Shown: one piece after another, positions 48,335 through 58,542 of the stretch
Position numbering within the stretch: the first letter of the stretch is position 1
Layout of the letters: each line of letters begins with the position of its first letter
From: a virus
Lineage: Duplodnaviria > Caudoviricetes
Reading direction: 5' to 3' (one strand)
IMG/VR virus record: IMGVR_UViG_3300013004_000030
Span: 57,834-121,833 of that record
DNA length: 64,000 nt
Notes under the pieces: model-generated
Database searches by the model: none
What the model was told of the DNA's origin: nothing
The model's input: only the letters and a program-made list of their open reading frames with translations
Made by a program: the position numbers and the translations under genes

Positions 48335-48739
48335 TGATTCGCAAGCATTCTGGACATGATCCAGGAAGTCTGAGATACGGTCATCGTTGTGGAATGGATC
48401 CAAATCTCCTCCTCTGATGCTGTTGGCGAGTTCTGAGTCCATCTCGTGCAGCACATTGAAGTGGATCTGGCCGTTCCTCTGGGACTTGTCGCGGTTGGCA
48501 GCTTGGGCTATCCGCACGTTCTGGAGGTACTCTACGAACAAGATTGTCTTCTTTTTTGTTGTTGCCGGATTCTTTTCGAACACGCCTTCGCAGGTGTATT
48601 CGCTTTCCTTCTCGCTGTAGAGGTGGTTCCCGGCCTCATCCAAGGCGATATTTTTGGCTTGTTCCGGGCTGTCGGCCTCGACCTCCAAGGTATTGAAGCC
48701 CCAGGCGGTCCTGCACACATTGACTAGATATTTAGGCAT
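48332..48739 (-). CDS. Hypothetical protein
   Basis: VEA.S.E.A..A N-terminal domain; R.GQ..FN.L...DPFH.D C-terminal domain. Confidence 0.7.
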   Translation of the reverse strand: MPKYLVNVCRTAWGFNTLEVEADSPEQAKNIALDEAGNHLYSEKESEYTCEGVFEKNPATTKKKTILFVEYLQNVRIAQAANRDKSQRNGQIHFNVLHEMDSELANSIRGGDLDPFHNDDRISDFLDHVQNACES

Positions 48740-49202
48740 TTTCCAACTCCTTGGTTTCGGGAGCGAGTTCCGCACTGATCTGGGCGGTGGTGAGTGCCGG
48801 CTCGGCCTTGCAGTCTACAAGGGTCTTGCCGGTACGAGTGGCGGGAGGAAGGGTTCCGATGTACTTCTTCTCCACCAACTTCTTGGCTGCCTCCACATCC
48901 TTGGGCTTGGGCATGGTGGTCTCGCCCTTGACCCCGGCCAGAAGGGCTTGCTCCATCGCCGCACGCATCTTCTCAAGGGCGATCTCGCGGGTGGCTCCGA
49001 GATGGGGGATGAGGAACTCCAGCGTCGCCAGGAGCGGCACATGGGCCGTGGGGGCATATTCCTCGTCCTCGAGCTTGACAATGGTTCCAGTGACCCGAAG
49101 CGAGACCACCTCGTCCACCTCGTACTGTCCGGCGGGAAGCTCGCCGTAGAACTCCTTGTAGATGCTGACCAGAGCCGTTGCGACTGCGTTGTCCATTTTC
49201 AT
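48732..49202 (-). CDS. Hypothetical protein
   Basis: 156 aa; RBS and element upstream. Confidence 0.7.
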   Translation of the reverse strand: MKMDNAVATALVSIYKEFYGELPAGQYEVDEVVSLRVTGTIVKLEDEEYAPTAHVPLLATLEFLIPHLGATREIALEKMRAAMEQALLAGVKGETTMPKPKDVEAAKKLVEKKYIGTLPPATRTGKTLVDCKAEPALTTAQISAELAPETKELENA

Positions 49203-49245
49203 GGTTCCTTGGGTGATGTTTTTACAACTATCCGGGAGGAAGAAA

Positions 49246-52200
49246 TCAATTCACGCGAGCGGCCGAGTTTCCGGCCTTGTTCGGGTCGGAGTCGCAAGCG
49301 TCGATATACTTCTTGATGAGTACATCGTTCGGCAGTTCAAAACTCTTCATAACGAGGTAGGCGTGAATCTGCTCGGGCAGACGCACCGGGGCGAAAGCCC
49401 GGATCACATTGAAGGCGTACCTCACAGCGGCGTTGTGATCCTTCATCAATCCAACCTCAACTTCCTCCGGGAGGCGACCGCAAACAATCTCTTCCGCATA
49501 CTTGACGCAGTAGTCAGGGCTGTCGGCCAACTTCGCCTCCAGGTTGGCCGGAAGCCGTTGTCCCCGCATGATCATCTTTGCATACTGGTACAACTGAGAA
49601 CCGTCGCTCATCGTGTTTTCAAGATGCTCGGGAAGCCGCCCGACGATAATGGTCGATGCCAACTCGTAAAGCCGGTGGCTGTCCCCAGAGAGGCAGTCTT
49701 GTAGTTCCACATCAAGAGTTCTTCCATAAGTCTTCTGCAAGCGTCCGTATTCAATAATCGCCGAGTTGGAAGCCTTGAGCCGATTCTTCAGACCTTCCCT
49801 CAACACGCCGTTGGTGATGGCGGCGTACTTTGTGAGGATGTTTGCGATACCACCGGCATCGGCTCTATCGCTGGGAGAGAATACCTTTTCCTCAAGATGC
49901 TCCGGGAGCGGGCCTCGGATGAACTGGGCGTAGGAAAGGCAAAGGTTGGGATTGGAGAATGTGTCCTCCAGTTCGCTCGGCAACCTCCCACGCACAATGT
50001 TCTTCGCGTAAAGCAAGAGGTTTTCGTCGTCGCCCTTCAACTCGTCCACAAGTTCTTGGGGAAGATCAAGATCCCGCTGATGGAGCGATCCGAAGTAGGA
50101 AAGAATCGCCTTGTGGGAGGGCTTGAGCAACGCTTCCAGTTCAACATCAAGCTTGCCCACAAGCGAGGCGTAGGAAGCGACATTGCTGGCAACGCTCCTT
50201 GGATCTTCCTTGCCGCTGAAGAAGCACTTCTCGTTCTCTGCCGGAAGACGCTCCCGCTTGAAGTTGACCTGGCACCAGAGGACGAGGCGTCGCGTGTTAC
50301 GGAACTTGGGGATGTGCATCGTTTTTCTCCTTGGGATGTTCTTACAACTATCCGGGCAAAAGAAATCAAACCCTGACTACAGAGTTGCCCATCCTGCCAG
50401 GGTCGTTCTCGCTCGCCTCAATGTATGCCTTCACATACTTGTTGTCGGGGTCTTCAAAGCTCTTCATAATCATGAAGTTGTGAAGTTCCTCGGGAAGCCG
50501 CACAGAAGAAAATCCACGGATCACCTCAAAGGCGTACTTGCTCGCATAAAAGGCGTCCTTGAAGAAAACCCCCTCAAGTTGCGAGGGAAGACGACCCCTC
50601 AAAATCTGCTGGGCGTAAAAGAAACAGTGCTTGGGATCGTCAAATGTGTCCTCAAGGAACGACGGCAGCCTTCCGATGGTCTGAGCCCATCCGAAAAGCT
50701 GAGAGTTCTTTCCCTTGAAGCAATTAAGAAGGTCTTCGCTCACCTCTTCTTGGCGGCTGTGCAGAATCTTCGCATACCTCAGAACGGCACTCGGCTCGCA
50801 CTTGAGAAGTTCCTCAAACCTCGGCTCGAGCTTTCCGGTTCGGAACGCATACTCGGAAACATTGCAAGCGATGATTGACGGAGATTCCTTCTTGCTCTTG
50901 AAGAACACCTCTTCACGGTCCGATGGGAGGCGTGCCTTGTTCGTGTCGTAGTCGTGGATACACACCCAGTTGTTCTTCATCCAGAGAACAAGACGGTGGG
51001 TTGTGCGGAACTTTGGAATTTTGATGTCCATAACTTATCCCTTTCTAATTTCCTACTGTCCGGGGATTTATTTTTCAAGAACCCACATACGAAAGGTAGT
51101 CCCTCATGCTCTTCTTCTCCCATTCATACATTTCCTCATAACTCTTCAGCAGAATCATGTTGTGGATCTTCTCGGGAAACCTACCACGGATCACATGCCT
51201 TGCATACTGCCACATGTGGCTCATGCTCTTGAGGAAAACCTCTTCTTCGGTTTCTGAAAGCCTCCCGAAATTTTGAGCCCACTTAAAGGCGGTGGACGGA
51301 TCCTTACACAACTTCTTCCAGAACTTTTTCTGGGTCACTGGGTCGGAAAATTCCTTCTTCCCCATATAAACAAGATAACGCACACCGATCTCAGGATTCT
51401 TGATGAAGACCCTCTCGGCCTCGCTGCTGATGCCGATGTTCTTCATCACAAGTTGAGCGTACTTTAGAGCCGAACTAGGCACCCTACAAGTGATCCGCTC
51501 TATATCACGGTCATGAACCGGAGTCCAACACTTGTGCTTCCTAAGACTGTTGAGAACCGCGATGAGTTCACGGGCGTCGCCGGTGTAGTTGTTCACATCA
51601 AATGTGATCTCCATCACTCGTCCTCCGTGCAGATGTCCTTGAGGTACATGCTCACATACTGTCTGGCCTCGGGTTTTTCAAAACAACCGATGACAAGTGC
51701 GTTGTGAACAAAATCCGGTAGACGACCCTTCAGAACATGCTTCGCGTAAAGATGGGCGCTGTGGGGGTCGCTCGCAAAGACTTCCTCCAGTTTTCCGGGA
51801 AGACGAGCCTTCAGAATGTTTCTAGCGTAGAGGAAGGCGTAGTAGGGACGAGCCTTGAGCCTTCTTGCGATCTTGGGCGTGATCTTGGACATTCTTCAAA
51901 GTACCTCTTGATCCAAGTGTTTTCGGGGGTCTCATAACTCCACAACACCATGGCGCTGTGAAGCGTGTCTGGCACTTCACTGTCTTGGTTCAAAAAATAA
52001 ATCCACATGGGATCGGCCAGGAACTCAGCCTCAGTCCACTCGTCCCACGGCTTCCTCACCTTGTTGATGAACTCGGTGAGCTTGTTCGGGAATTCCCCCG
52101 AATACCTTCTGCCCGGATATTCCATCCTCTCGGCACTGATATTTATCGAGGGGATTTCCGCCCCGTCCCTGTGCTCGACCTCTAGGAAATAATAATGGCT

Positions 52201-52828
52201 CCCGTCGTCGAACCTCCACTCCTTCTTGGAAACCCCGCCCACCGACCAGGACACAGGACGGCCGAAAAAATCATCGGCCAATTCAAAAAGAACGCTGCTC
52301 GTCTTGTACGATGAACCAAGCTTGAAAGGCTTCATCCCCTAAAGTAGTAAAGGGGAGATTTTTGAAGTATTTCTTAATCAGAAGATCGTCTGGGTGCTGG
52401 TACGACAGAAGCACCATCTTGGCGTGCATTTTCTGGGAGACTAGATCGTTCTCCTCGGCAAACGCCACGATCCACTCGGGAGAAGATAAAATTTCATCCT
52501 CGGTCCAATCGCACCAAGGTTTCTTCACCTCGAGCACAAAAGATTGAATTTTTAACTGCTCGTGCTCGTAGTCGAGAAGATTGTTTCCCCATCTAAAGCT
52601 TATGTTGATGGTCTCTTCGCCCAGAGCGTGGCTGATGTTCAGCCGCCAGTCAGTCTGCCATTCCCATACTGTGATCGGACCCTTGTGGGGGTCGTCCCAT
52701 CGGCAATGCTTGTTGCTGGACTTGCCAAAGTGCCGTGCGGCGATCTCGAATATCTTATCGGAGTCGCCGACCAGCTCACTCTTCAGCTTGAACGGACTAA
52801 TGCTTTCATCGTCATAAAGAGGCATCAT
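49246..52828 (-). other. Six tandem family B genes (49246..50319, 50366..51031, 51075..51617, 51614..51892, 51811..52335, 52283..52828)
   Basis: Helical repeat YA..(I/V)..GRLP..LE and/or shared C-terminal H..(M/L)(V/I)..S(F/Y)..P.....(K/R).Y. Confidence 0.75.
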
Positions 52829-52835
52829 TTTAAAG

Positions 52836-53093
52836 TGGAGCAGCTGGGGCTCGAACCCAGGACCAACGGATTAACTTACCACTGTGACTTTCGCCACCCT
52901 TGCGGTTTGTGGTCTGGACTTTGCCTTCACCCATACGGTGCCGCCCGTCAAGTCTCTACACCTTCCCTTTCGGGCTTGGCTCGGCGTTGGCATTTTAAAG
53001 CGTTCGCCGACTTTGAGCGGTTCTACTCTCAAGGTTTCCCTCAAGGCACTCCTATTTTGAAGTCCGATGCTCTACCAACTGAGCTAATGCTCC
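52836..53093 (-). tRNA. tRNA-Lys(TTT) split by a group I intron
   Basis: Exons 53093-53060 and 52874-52836 splice to TCGGA-CT TTT AA-TCCGT. Confidence 0.88.
52875..53059 (-). mobile_element. Group I (IC3, Azoarcus-like) intron, 185 nt, after U34
   Basis: P1 ACUU|C..GGAGU with U.G at the splice site; AACGCCGAGCCAAGC, GGTGTAGAGACT, GGTGAAGGCAAAGTCC, GTGGCGAAAGTCAC; terminal G. Confidence 0.9.
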
Positions 53094-53098
53094 AAATG

Positions 53099-53186
53099 AA
53101 AAACAACGGCGTGAGGTTTCCTCCCGGACTAAGATGGCAGTGGAGACCACCAACCAGGATTCGTTAATTCTCACGCCGCTGTTTTT
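53099..53186 (-). ncRNA. Candidate ~88-nt structured RNA directly upstream of tRNA-Lys
   Basis: 17-bp closing stem AAAAACAGCGGCGTGAG/CTCACGCCGTTGTTTTT enclosing TCCTGG/CCGGGA. Confidence 0.45.
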
Positions 53187-53254
53187 AGGCCCTATACATA
53201 AATTATTCGACGATTTCCCACAATGCGGAAATCGTAGCCCACTAATCCATTAAA

Positions 53255-53458
53255 TTACCGACCCACCTTGCACTTGCCGTTGGGGCAGTAGGGCGGAGTG
53301 ATGACACGAACGGTTCCCCTGGTCACGCTGCGAACAGTGCTCACAGTGCCATTGGTCACCTTCCGAACCGCATTTACACCGCAATTGCCGTTCTTGCAGT
53401 CAGCGGCATGAGCCTCGACGCAGAAAAGAATTGCGGCACAAATCATAAGAGTACGCAT
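53255..53458 (-). CDS. Small secreted Cys-containing protein
   Basis: Signal peptide ..EAHA; CKNGNC and CPNGKC. Confidence 0.7.
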   Translation of the reverse strand: MRTLMICAAILFCVEAHAADCKNGNCGVNAVRKVTNGTVSTVRSVTRGTVRVITPPYCPNGKCKVGR

Positions 53459-53485
53459 ATTAGGATCCTCCTTTTAAAAAACGGC

Positions 53486-53854
53486 TCAACGCCACGAACG
53501 AACCCGATACCACATGCCGTTCCGGCCCTGAGCCGAAGCGTCGCCCGTCAGCGACATATTGCCGCTGGGGGTGCAAGTGTTGCAGTTAGGACTGCTGCCA
53601 TAGCCGACTCCCTCAAACCTGCCGATACATCCCCAGACATGCCCGGTGATGTTGTTGGCAGCCATGTAGTTCGCCTCGGCCTGACACCGATCTTGGTCAC
53701 TGCCGCTTGCCGCCGAATGATCGGAGGTGTAGGAGTATGTCTTCGTCGGCTGGGAATAGGTAGGAGTAGAGTAGGTATAACCCCGTCGCGGACGAGCATG
53801 GGCAACACCGCTCGACAGCACACAGAACGCCAGTGCAACGATTGCACTCTTCAT
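53486..53854 (-). CDS. Secreted protein with minimal CAP/SCP-like domain
   Basis: Signal peptide; A.YMA..GH..EGVG..C..A.G.NG.WY..R.W. Confidence 0.65.
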   Translation of the reverse strand: MKSAIVALAFCVLSSGVAHARPRRGYTYSTPTYSQPTKTYSYTSDHSAASGSDQDRCQAEANYMAANNITGHVWGCIGRFEGVGYGSSPNCNTCTPSGNMSLTGDASAQGRNGMWYRVRSWR

Positions 53855-53960
53855 AAAAACCTCCGTGAAATGGCGGCGGCTGACACGAGCCTCCGCTTCC
53901 TTTTGAACTATCCCGTGTCGGATTTTCCAAGTAACAGTCTAAAGAAACATGAACTTGAAG

Positions 53961-54530
53961 TCAAGTTTCAATTTCATTGAACATATTCTCCCAGTAGCCA
54001 TCGGCCTTGAACTTCCAGATGCTATCCACCAGGATTCGGGCAACTGAGATCGGGTTGGGAGATGATCCGCACACGACCTCCTCGGCATCAGGCGGCTCCC
54101 AATAGGTGGCGGGAATGTGCTGGTAGTAGCTAACAATATAGCACGGAAGTTCCCTGAACGACGCAATCGTCTCGGTCTCCGTAACACCCGCAGCCACGCT
54201 TACTCCCGCAACCGTGATCGTCCGCTCGTTTTCGTCAACCTCCACTGACTCGCCCGGAAAGAAATGACCAACAGCATCGTTCACGACAGTCTTGAGGCGC
54301 TCCCAGTTGTTCTCGGAAAATTCCTCGAGCGTGGTGCAGAACCCGTCCTTGTACTCGGCGGGCTCCCAGAGCTTCACCTCGTTCCACGCGAGAACAAGGT
54401 TCTGCCCCGCAACCTTAACCTCGTGGTTATTGTCGCGTTGGCCAACATACTCTCCCACAATCCACCTGGGCTTTTTCATCAATCCAATCTTGACGAAAGC
54501 CTTGATCTTGACTCCGGACTTCATTCTCAT
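53961..54530 (-). CDS. Hypothetical protein
   Basis: 189 aa; PATYWEPP motif; elements on both sides. Confidence 0.7.
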   Translation of the reverse strand: MRMKSGVKIKAFVKIGLMKKPRWIVGEYVGQRDNNHEVKVAGQNLVLAWNEVKLWEPAEYKDGFCTTLEEFSENNWERLKTVVNDAVGHFFPGESVEVDENERTITVAGVSVAAGVTETETIASFRELPCYIVSYYQHIPATYWEPPDAEEVVCGSSPNPISVARILVDSIWKFKADGYWENMFNEIET

Positions 54531-54767
54531 GCTCCTTGGGGGGATAACACATCAACCATCCGGGACAAAATTTTCAACGACCCGAAAGAACAAACTTAGA
54601 GATTTCCGGACACCAATCCTTGAACTGGTGATGCTCAATAAAAAACTTCTTTCCCCGATTTTCGCCCAAGAGTTTCTCCAAATAAATCATGGCGGTTTTT
54701 TCATCTTGAAAAACCCCCTCGATCTTCTTGTGGTTACTTCCGTTCTTGGACATCACGATATAAACCA

Positions 54768-55031
54768 TCAGACCTTCTCCAGGCTTCTGGTCAAGGCTCG
54801 GCCAAGGGCGATCTTGACACCGAGACGGCGGTTGAAGTTGTCTTCTGCGGAGCAGACCGCAACACCCTCAAGTTCCTCCCCATCCGGGGTGCGAACTTGC
54901 ACAACCGTCTTCCCTCCCCGCTCCGAGACCGTCTGTACCAAGCCTCCGTTGAGGTTCTGCATGGTCTTGCCCCGGCGGGTGTGGATCACCCGAACCTTGT
55001 AGCCGCTCTTCCTGAGTTGCTCCACAGTCAT
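54768..55031 (-). CDS. Small phage protein resembling the gp49/gp66 (N4) family
   Basis: GKT...G.A.CS..DNFNRR.G..IALGRA. Confidence 0.55.
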   Translation of the reverse strand: MTVEQLRKSGYKVRVIHTRRGKTMQNLNGGLVQTVSERGGKTVVQVRTPDGEELEGVAVCSAEDNFNRRLGVKIALGRALTRSLEKV

Positions 55032-55098
55032 TCTGTTTTCCCTCAAGTGATCCATGTACATCAATAAATAGCCCAAAAGAACGCAAGCGATGATCGTC

Positions 55099-55377
55099 TC
55101 ATGCAGCAGAAGAAGAATCATTGAGCTCTTCCTCGAGCAGCTTGTTCAGACCGGCCACATCGGTCGTGTCCTTCCGCTTCCTCTTCAGCTCGGGAAGATT
55201 CACGCCCTCGGAAACGAGCTTCTTGTACTTGGTCGCAACGCCGGCCGGGGTGCAACCCAGAGCCTTTGCGACATCTGCCTGGCTTCCGCCTTCCTTGTAA
55301 GCCTTAGCCCATGTCTTGATGAAATCTTCCTTGTTGATCCTCGGACGCTTGATAACTTTCGTGTCTGACATTTTCAA
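55099..55377 (-). CDS. HTH protein
   Basis: SQADVAKALGCT..V..L...GV.LP.L. Confidence 0.65.
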   Translation of the reverse strand: MKMSDTKVIKRPRINKEDFIKTWAKAYKEGGSQADVAKALGCTPAGVATKYKKLVSEGVNLPELKRKRKDTTDVAGLNKLLEEELNDSSSAA

Positions 55378-55381
55378 TCTC

Positions 55382-56656
55382 CTAGTTGCTGTCGTTGTCT
55401 ACATCTACGCGAACCACATCACCGAACGGGGGAGTGACCGATTGGTTGGTCAGCACCCAAAGAACATCAAACTTGCTGGTCGGATCGTCACCGAAGTTGC
55501 CGTACCCATCGGTGAAGAACACCGTGTAGTCGGGCTGGATTCTCTTCTCAATGAGGTGCTGGAACACCGGGGCGAAGTCGGTGCCGCCGCCGCCTTGAAG
55601 GGCGGGCAGAGGCTCATACGGGTCAATCCAGCGGCTCTCATACACACCAGCATCGCAGTCAAGGAAGTAAATCTTCGCATTGAACTTCCGGCGAATGTCC
55701 TCCAACTCCCCGATTGCTTGCTTCAAGTCGCTCTCGCTCATGCTGCCCGAAGTGTCAATCGCAAAGGCGATCTTCGGTGCGTCGGGGCCAATGTTGCTGG
55801 GGAAGATGTAGGGAGCCGAAAGGAACCGGCGGTTAGGCACAGTCCATGTAATGTCACGGGACGCCTTACGGGACGCACCGAACCGCAACCGCTGCCGAAG
55901 GGCTTGCAACCAGTTCACCTTGGGCTTGAGGTAGCCCACGATAACACGCTCCATACCGGCGGGCATGGAACCTTGGTTCTTGGCACAAGTGTAAGCCTCG
56001 CAGATGGCAGACCGAATGTAGTCCTTCATCTCTTGATCGTGCTGCTCCTTGCTCTGCCCCGGCTTCTTCTCCGGCAGAGGAACGCGACGGTCACGAATGA
56101 CAACCACATCACCATCACCGGGCATCTCGCCGGAACCCTCACCATCACCCTCGCCGGAACCGTTTAGGTCAACGACATACACCTTGCGACCACCAGTGCC
56201 GTTCTTCTCAAGTTCCTCGTAGATACGCTCCGCCGTCATGCCCTCGTACTTATCGTCAAGGAGGGTTTCCTTGATGAGAAAGTCGGGCTTCTCAAACTGG
56301 AACTTGAGCATGAGGTTGATGGCGAAGTCCGTAGCCATGTTCCACATCATCGGATCGCGGCTGCCCATGCGACCGCTATGCTCAAAGATGAAGTGACACA
56401 GTTCGTGGGCGACGAGGAAAAGAAACTGCTTGACCGTCAACTTGTCATAGAAGTCAAGGTTGAAGATCACATTGCCGTACTTGTCAATACAAGCCGTCTG
56501 GCAGAAGTGATCCTTCCCGGCCACTACGCTGAAACTGCACCGCTCGCTCATCACGCCCCAAAAGGGGAACTCGCGGGCGAAGGCCAGCATCACAATGTCA
56601 ATGTTCTTCTTGAACTGGTCGAGCCGAGACTTTTCAATGGCGGAAACTGCGGTCAT
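55382..56656 (-). CDS. Metallopeptidase-vWA protein (DUF2201-like)
   Basis: HELCH..H..R, WN.A.D..IN; MIDAS DTSGSM, GGGGTDF.PVF, FTDGYG. Confidence 0.88.
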   Translation of the reverse strand: MTAVSAIEKSRLDQFKKNIDIVMLAFAREFPFWGVMSERCSFSVVAGKDHFCQTACIDKYGNVIFNLDFYDKLTVKQFLFLVAHELCHFIFEHSGRMGSRDPMMWNMATDFAINLMLKFQFEKPDFLIKETLLDDKYEGMTAERIYEELEKNGTGGRKVYVVDLNGSGEGDGEGSGEMPGDGDVVVIRDRRVPLPEKKPGQSKEQHDQEMKDYIRSAICEAYTCAKNQGSMPAGMERVIVGYLKPKVNWLQALRQRLRFGASRKASRDITWTVPNRRFLSAPYIFPSNIGPDAPKIAFAIDTSGSMSESDLKQAIGELEDIRRKFNAKIYFLDCDAGVYESRWIDPYEPLPALQGGGGTDFAPVFQHLIEKRIQPDYTVFFTDGYGNFGDDPTSKFDVLWVLTNQSVTPPFGDVVRVDVDNDSN

Positions 56657-56769
56657 GGTTGTTCTCCTTATGCACCACTCACCGTCCAGGATTTTATTTT
56701 CAAGAAAGGGAACCCCCGTCCTCCCGAAGGTAGCGAACCCATCGGGAGGACGGTGGCCCACACGCTTTC

Positions 56770-57861
56770 TCAAGTCACGGTGATGGCACCGTGGAGGATT
56801 TCGCTGTTCGCCTTGATCCACGCGGCAACCGCCTTGGAGTGGAACAGTGCCGTCTTGATCTTCTCCGGTGCCGTCAGCATGATGCGACGGTAGAACAGAC
56901 TGGCCGGTTCCGGCGAGATACCCGAAATCACCTTCACGCAGTTCTCCAAAACCTTCTCGGGAGTCTCATGCGAAAGAAGATGCGAGGCCACCGCGTTCGC
57001 CACGGCATAGGCCACCGAAATCTCCTTCCGGTTCTCCGTAAAGGTCTCCTTGCCCTCCACCAGACGGGCGATGTTCGGGAGCGATGCACACACCTTGAGG
57101 TACGCACAGAACTCCGAACTAACAGCACCCACGCAAGCCCGAATCTGGCTCATCGCGTTCTGCCCCGCCTTGAGCCGCTTGCTCACATAACACCACGACC
57201 GGGGATTGGCCGACGCACTGTACTCGTCCTTGCGGGGCGACAACAGCGACGAAGGCGAGAACGAAATGAAACCAATCACATCGGGGTGGACATCGTTCGT
57301 CATCGCCCACTTCGTCCAGTGGTGATGGTCGGGACTGTAATCATAGATCGCAAAACGATCCAGAAGGGCAGCCGACAGCGGATAGGTGTGAGCACGATCC
57401 TCCGCACGGTTCGCAGCAGCACAGATGTACCACGACCGGGGCAACTCATGCTTGCCGATCTTGCGATCCAACACCAACTGCAAGGCCGGATTCTGCACCG
57501 AAGGCTGGGCGGTGTTCAACTCGTCCAGAAACACAATGCCCTTCGTGTAGAGGCGACCGTTCGCCACGATCCCACCCTCGCTCGGAAGGAACTCGGGACG
57601 AACCCACTCCACCGCAACCGGATTCTTGTTCTCGTCCTTCTTGATGATCGGGAGGCCACGCATGTCAATCGCCTCCAAACTGTTCAGCCGAAGGTCAATC
57701 ACCAGATCATCCTCGTCCGCAGACGCACGGATCTGATCGCTCTTGCCCACCCCCGGCGAACCAAACACCAGAAGCGGCTGATCCACCTCGCGGCAAGCAC
57801 GAACCTCCGCAGTCAGATCGCCAGAAATCGGGTTGCCCTTCTCAATAAGCGTGTCGGCCAT
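56770..57861 (-). CDS. MoxR-like AAA+ ATPase
   Basis: Walker A GSPGVGKS, Walker B FLDELN, AANR.ED, L.DRF, PRSW. Confidence 0.9.
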   Translation of the reverse strand: MADTLIEKGNPISGDLTAEVRACREVDQPLLVFGSPGVGKSDQIRASADEDDLVIDLRLNSLEAIDMRGLPIIKKDENKNPVAVEWVRPEFLPSEGGIVANGRLYTKGIVFLDELNTAQPSVQNPALQLVLDRKIGKHELPRSWYICAAANRAEDRAHTYPLSAALLDRFAIYDYSPDHHHWTKWAMTNDVHPDVIGFISFSPSSLLSPRKDEYSASANPRSWCYVSKRLKAGQNAMSQIRACVGAVSSEFCAYLKVCASLPNIARLVEGKETFTENRKEISVAYAVANAVASHLLSHETPEKVLENCVKVISGISPEPASLFYRRIMLTAPEKIKTALFHSKAVAAWIKANSEILHGAITVT

Positions 57862-58024
57862 TTTCGGATCCTCCTTATGAGTGTCAGAACCAACTTCCCA
57901 TAAACCATCTGGGAATGAGTTTTCAAAAAACCCAACCCGGTCTCAAACCACAACTCCCCAACCATCCGGGGAAAGTTTTTCAAAACCCAAGTTGACCCTC
58001 AACAAACCATCCGGGAAAAGATTT

Positions 58025-58501
58025 TCAATCGTCCTCTTCGTCATTCACATCAGAATAAAAGCCGCCCTCAACAGAAGCAGTCTCCCGCCGCACTTCCACA
58101 CCAGGATAAACCTCGGAAGACTCAACCACAGCCGAACACGAAGTCTCCTCAGGCAAACTGGAAATCTTAGAAATCCTCCCGAACTCCTCGAGAACACGAT
58201 CAAAACGATCAATTGTGCCAACCGATCGTACAAGATTCGCAAACTCCGACAGGATGCGCGTCGCCAAGTCAGGATCAAGATTGCTCTTCTCTACAAAATC
58301 ATGAACCATCTTCAACTCGGCCACCGAAACCTCCTGGGACGGCTTTGACGATGCCCGTCCCCGGACACCGAAAACCAAGGCATATGAAACATCAACACCA
58401 CCCTCACCCAACGCGGAAATACAGTCCTTCACGCTGGCCTGAGGATTGTTCTCAAAATACTTCCGAATCAATTCACTCTTGTTCACGCCACCACGAGCCA
58501 T
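58025..58501 (-). CDS. Hypothetical protein
   Basis: AAGGAG RBS; VNKSELIR.Y..NP N-terminus. Confidence 0.7.
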   Translation of the reverse strand: MARGGVNKSELIRKYFENNPQASVKDCISALGEGGVDVSYALVFGVRGRASSKPSQEVSVAELKMVHDFVEKSNLDPDLATRILSEFANLVRSVGTIDRFDRVLEEFGRISKISSLPEETSCSAVVESSEVYPGVEVRRETASVEGGFYSDVNDEEDD

Positions 58502-58542
58502 AAAAAACTCCTTGTTGAAAATCACTTGAAAAGCATTGTAGT

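Noticed and set aside
52836-53093. tRNA-Asn(GTT) reading
   Set aside because: It would need the intron to end in A and would misplace the P1 U.G pair; Lys(TTT) satisfies both rules.
13326-58028. GTTTCAAC... repeats as a CRISPR array
   Set aside because: Copies are degenerate with a variable middle, are separated by whole genes of irregular length, and no cas genes are present.
13326-58028. Element as an integron attC site
   Set aside because: GTTGAAA only loosely fits GTTRRRY. There is no inverse core or palindrome and no integrase in the window.
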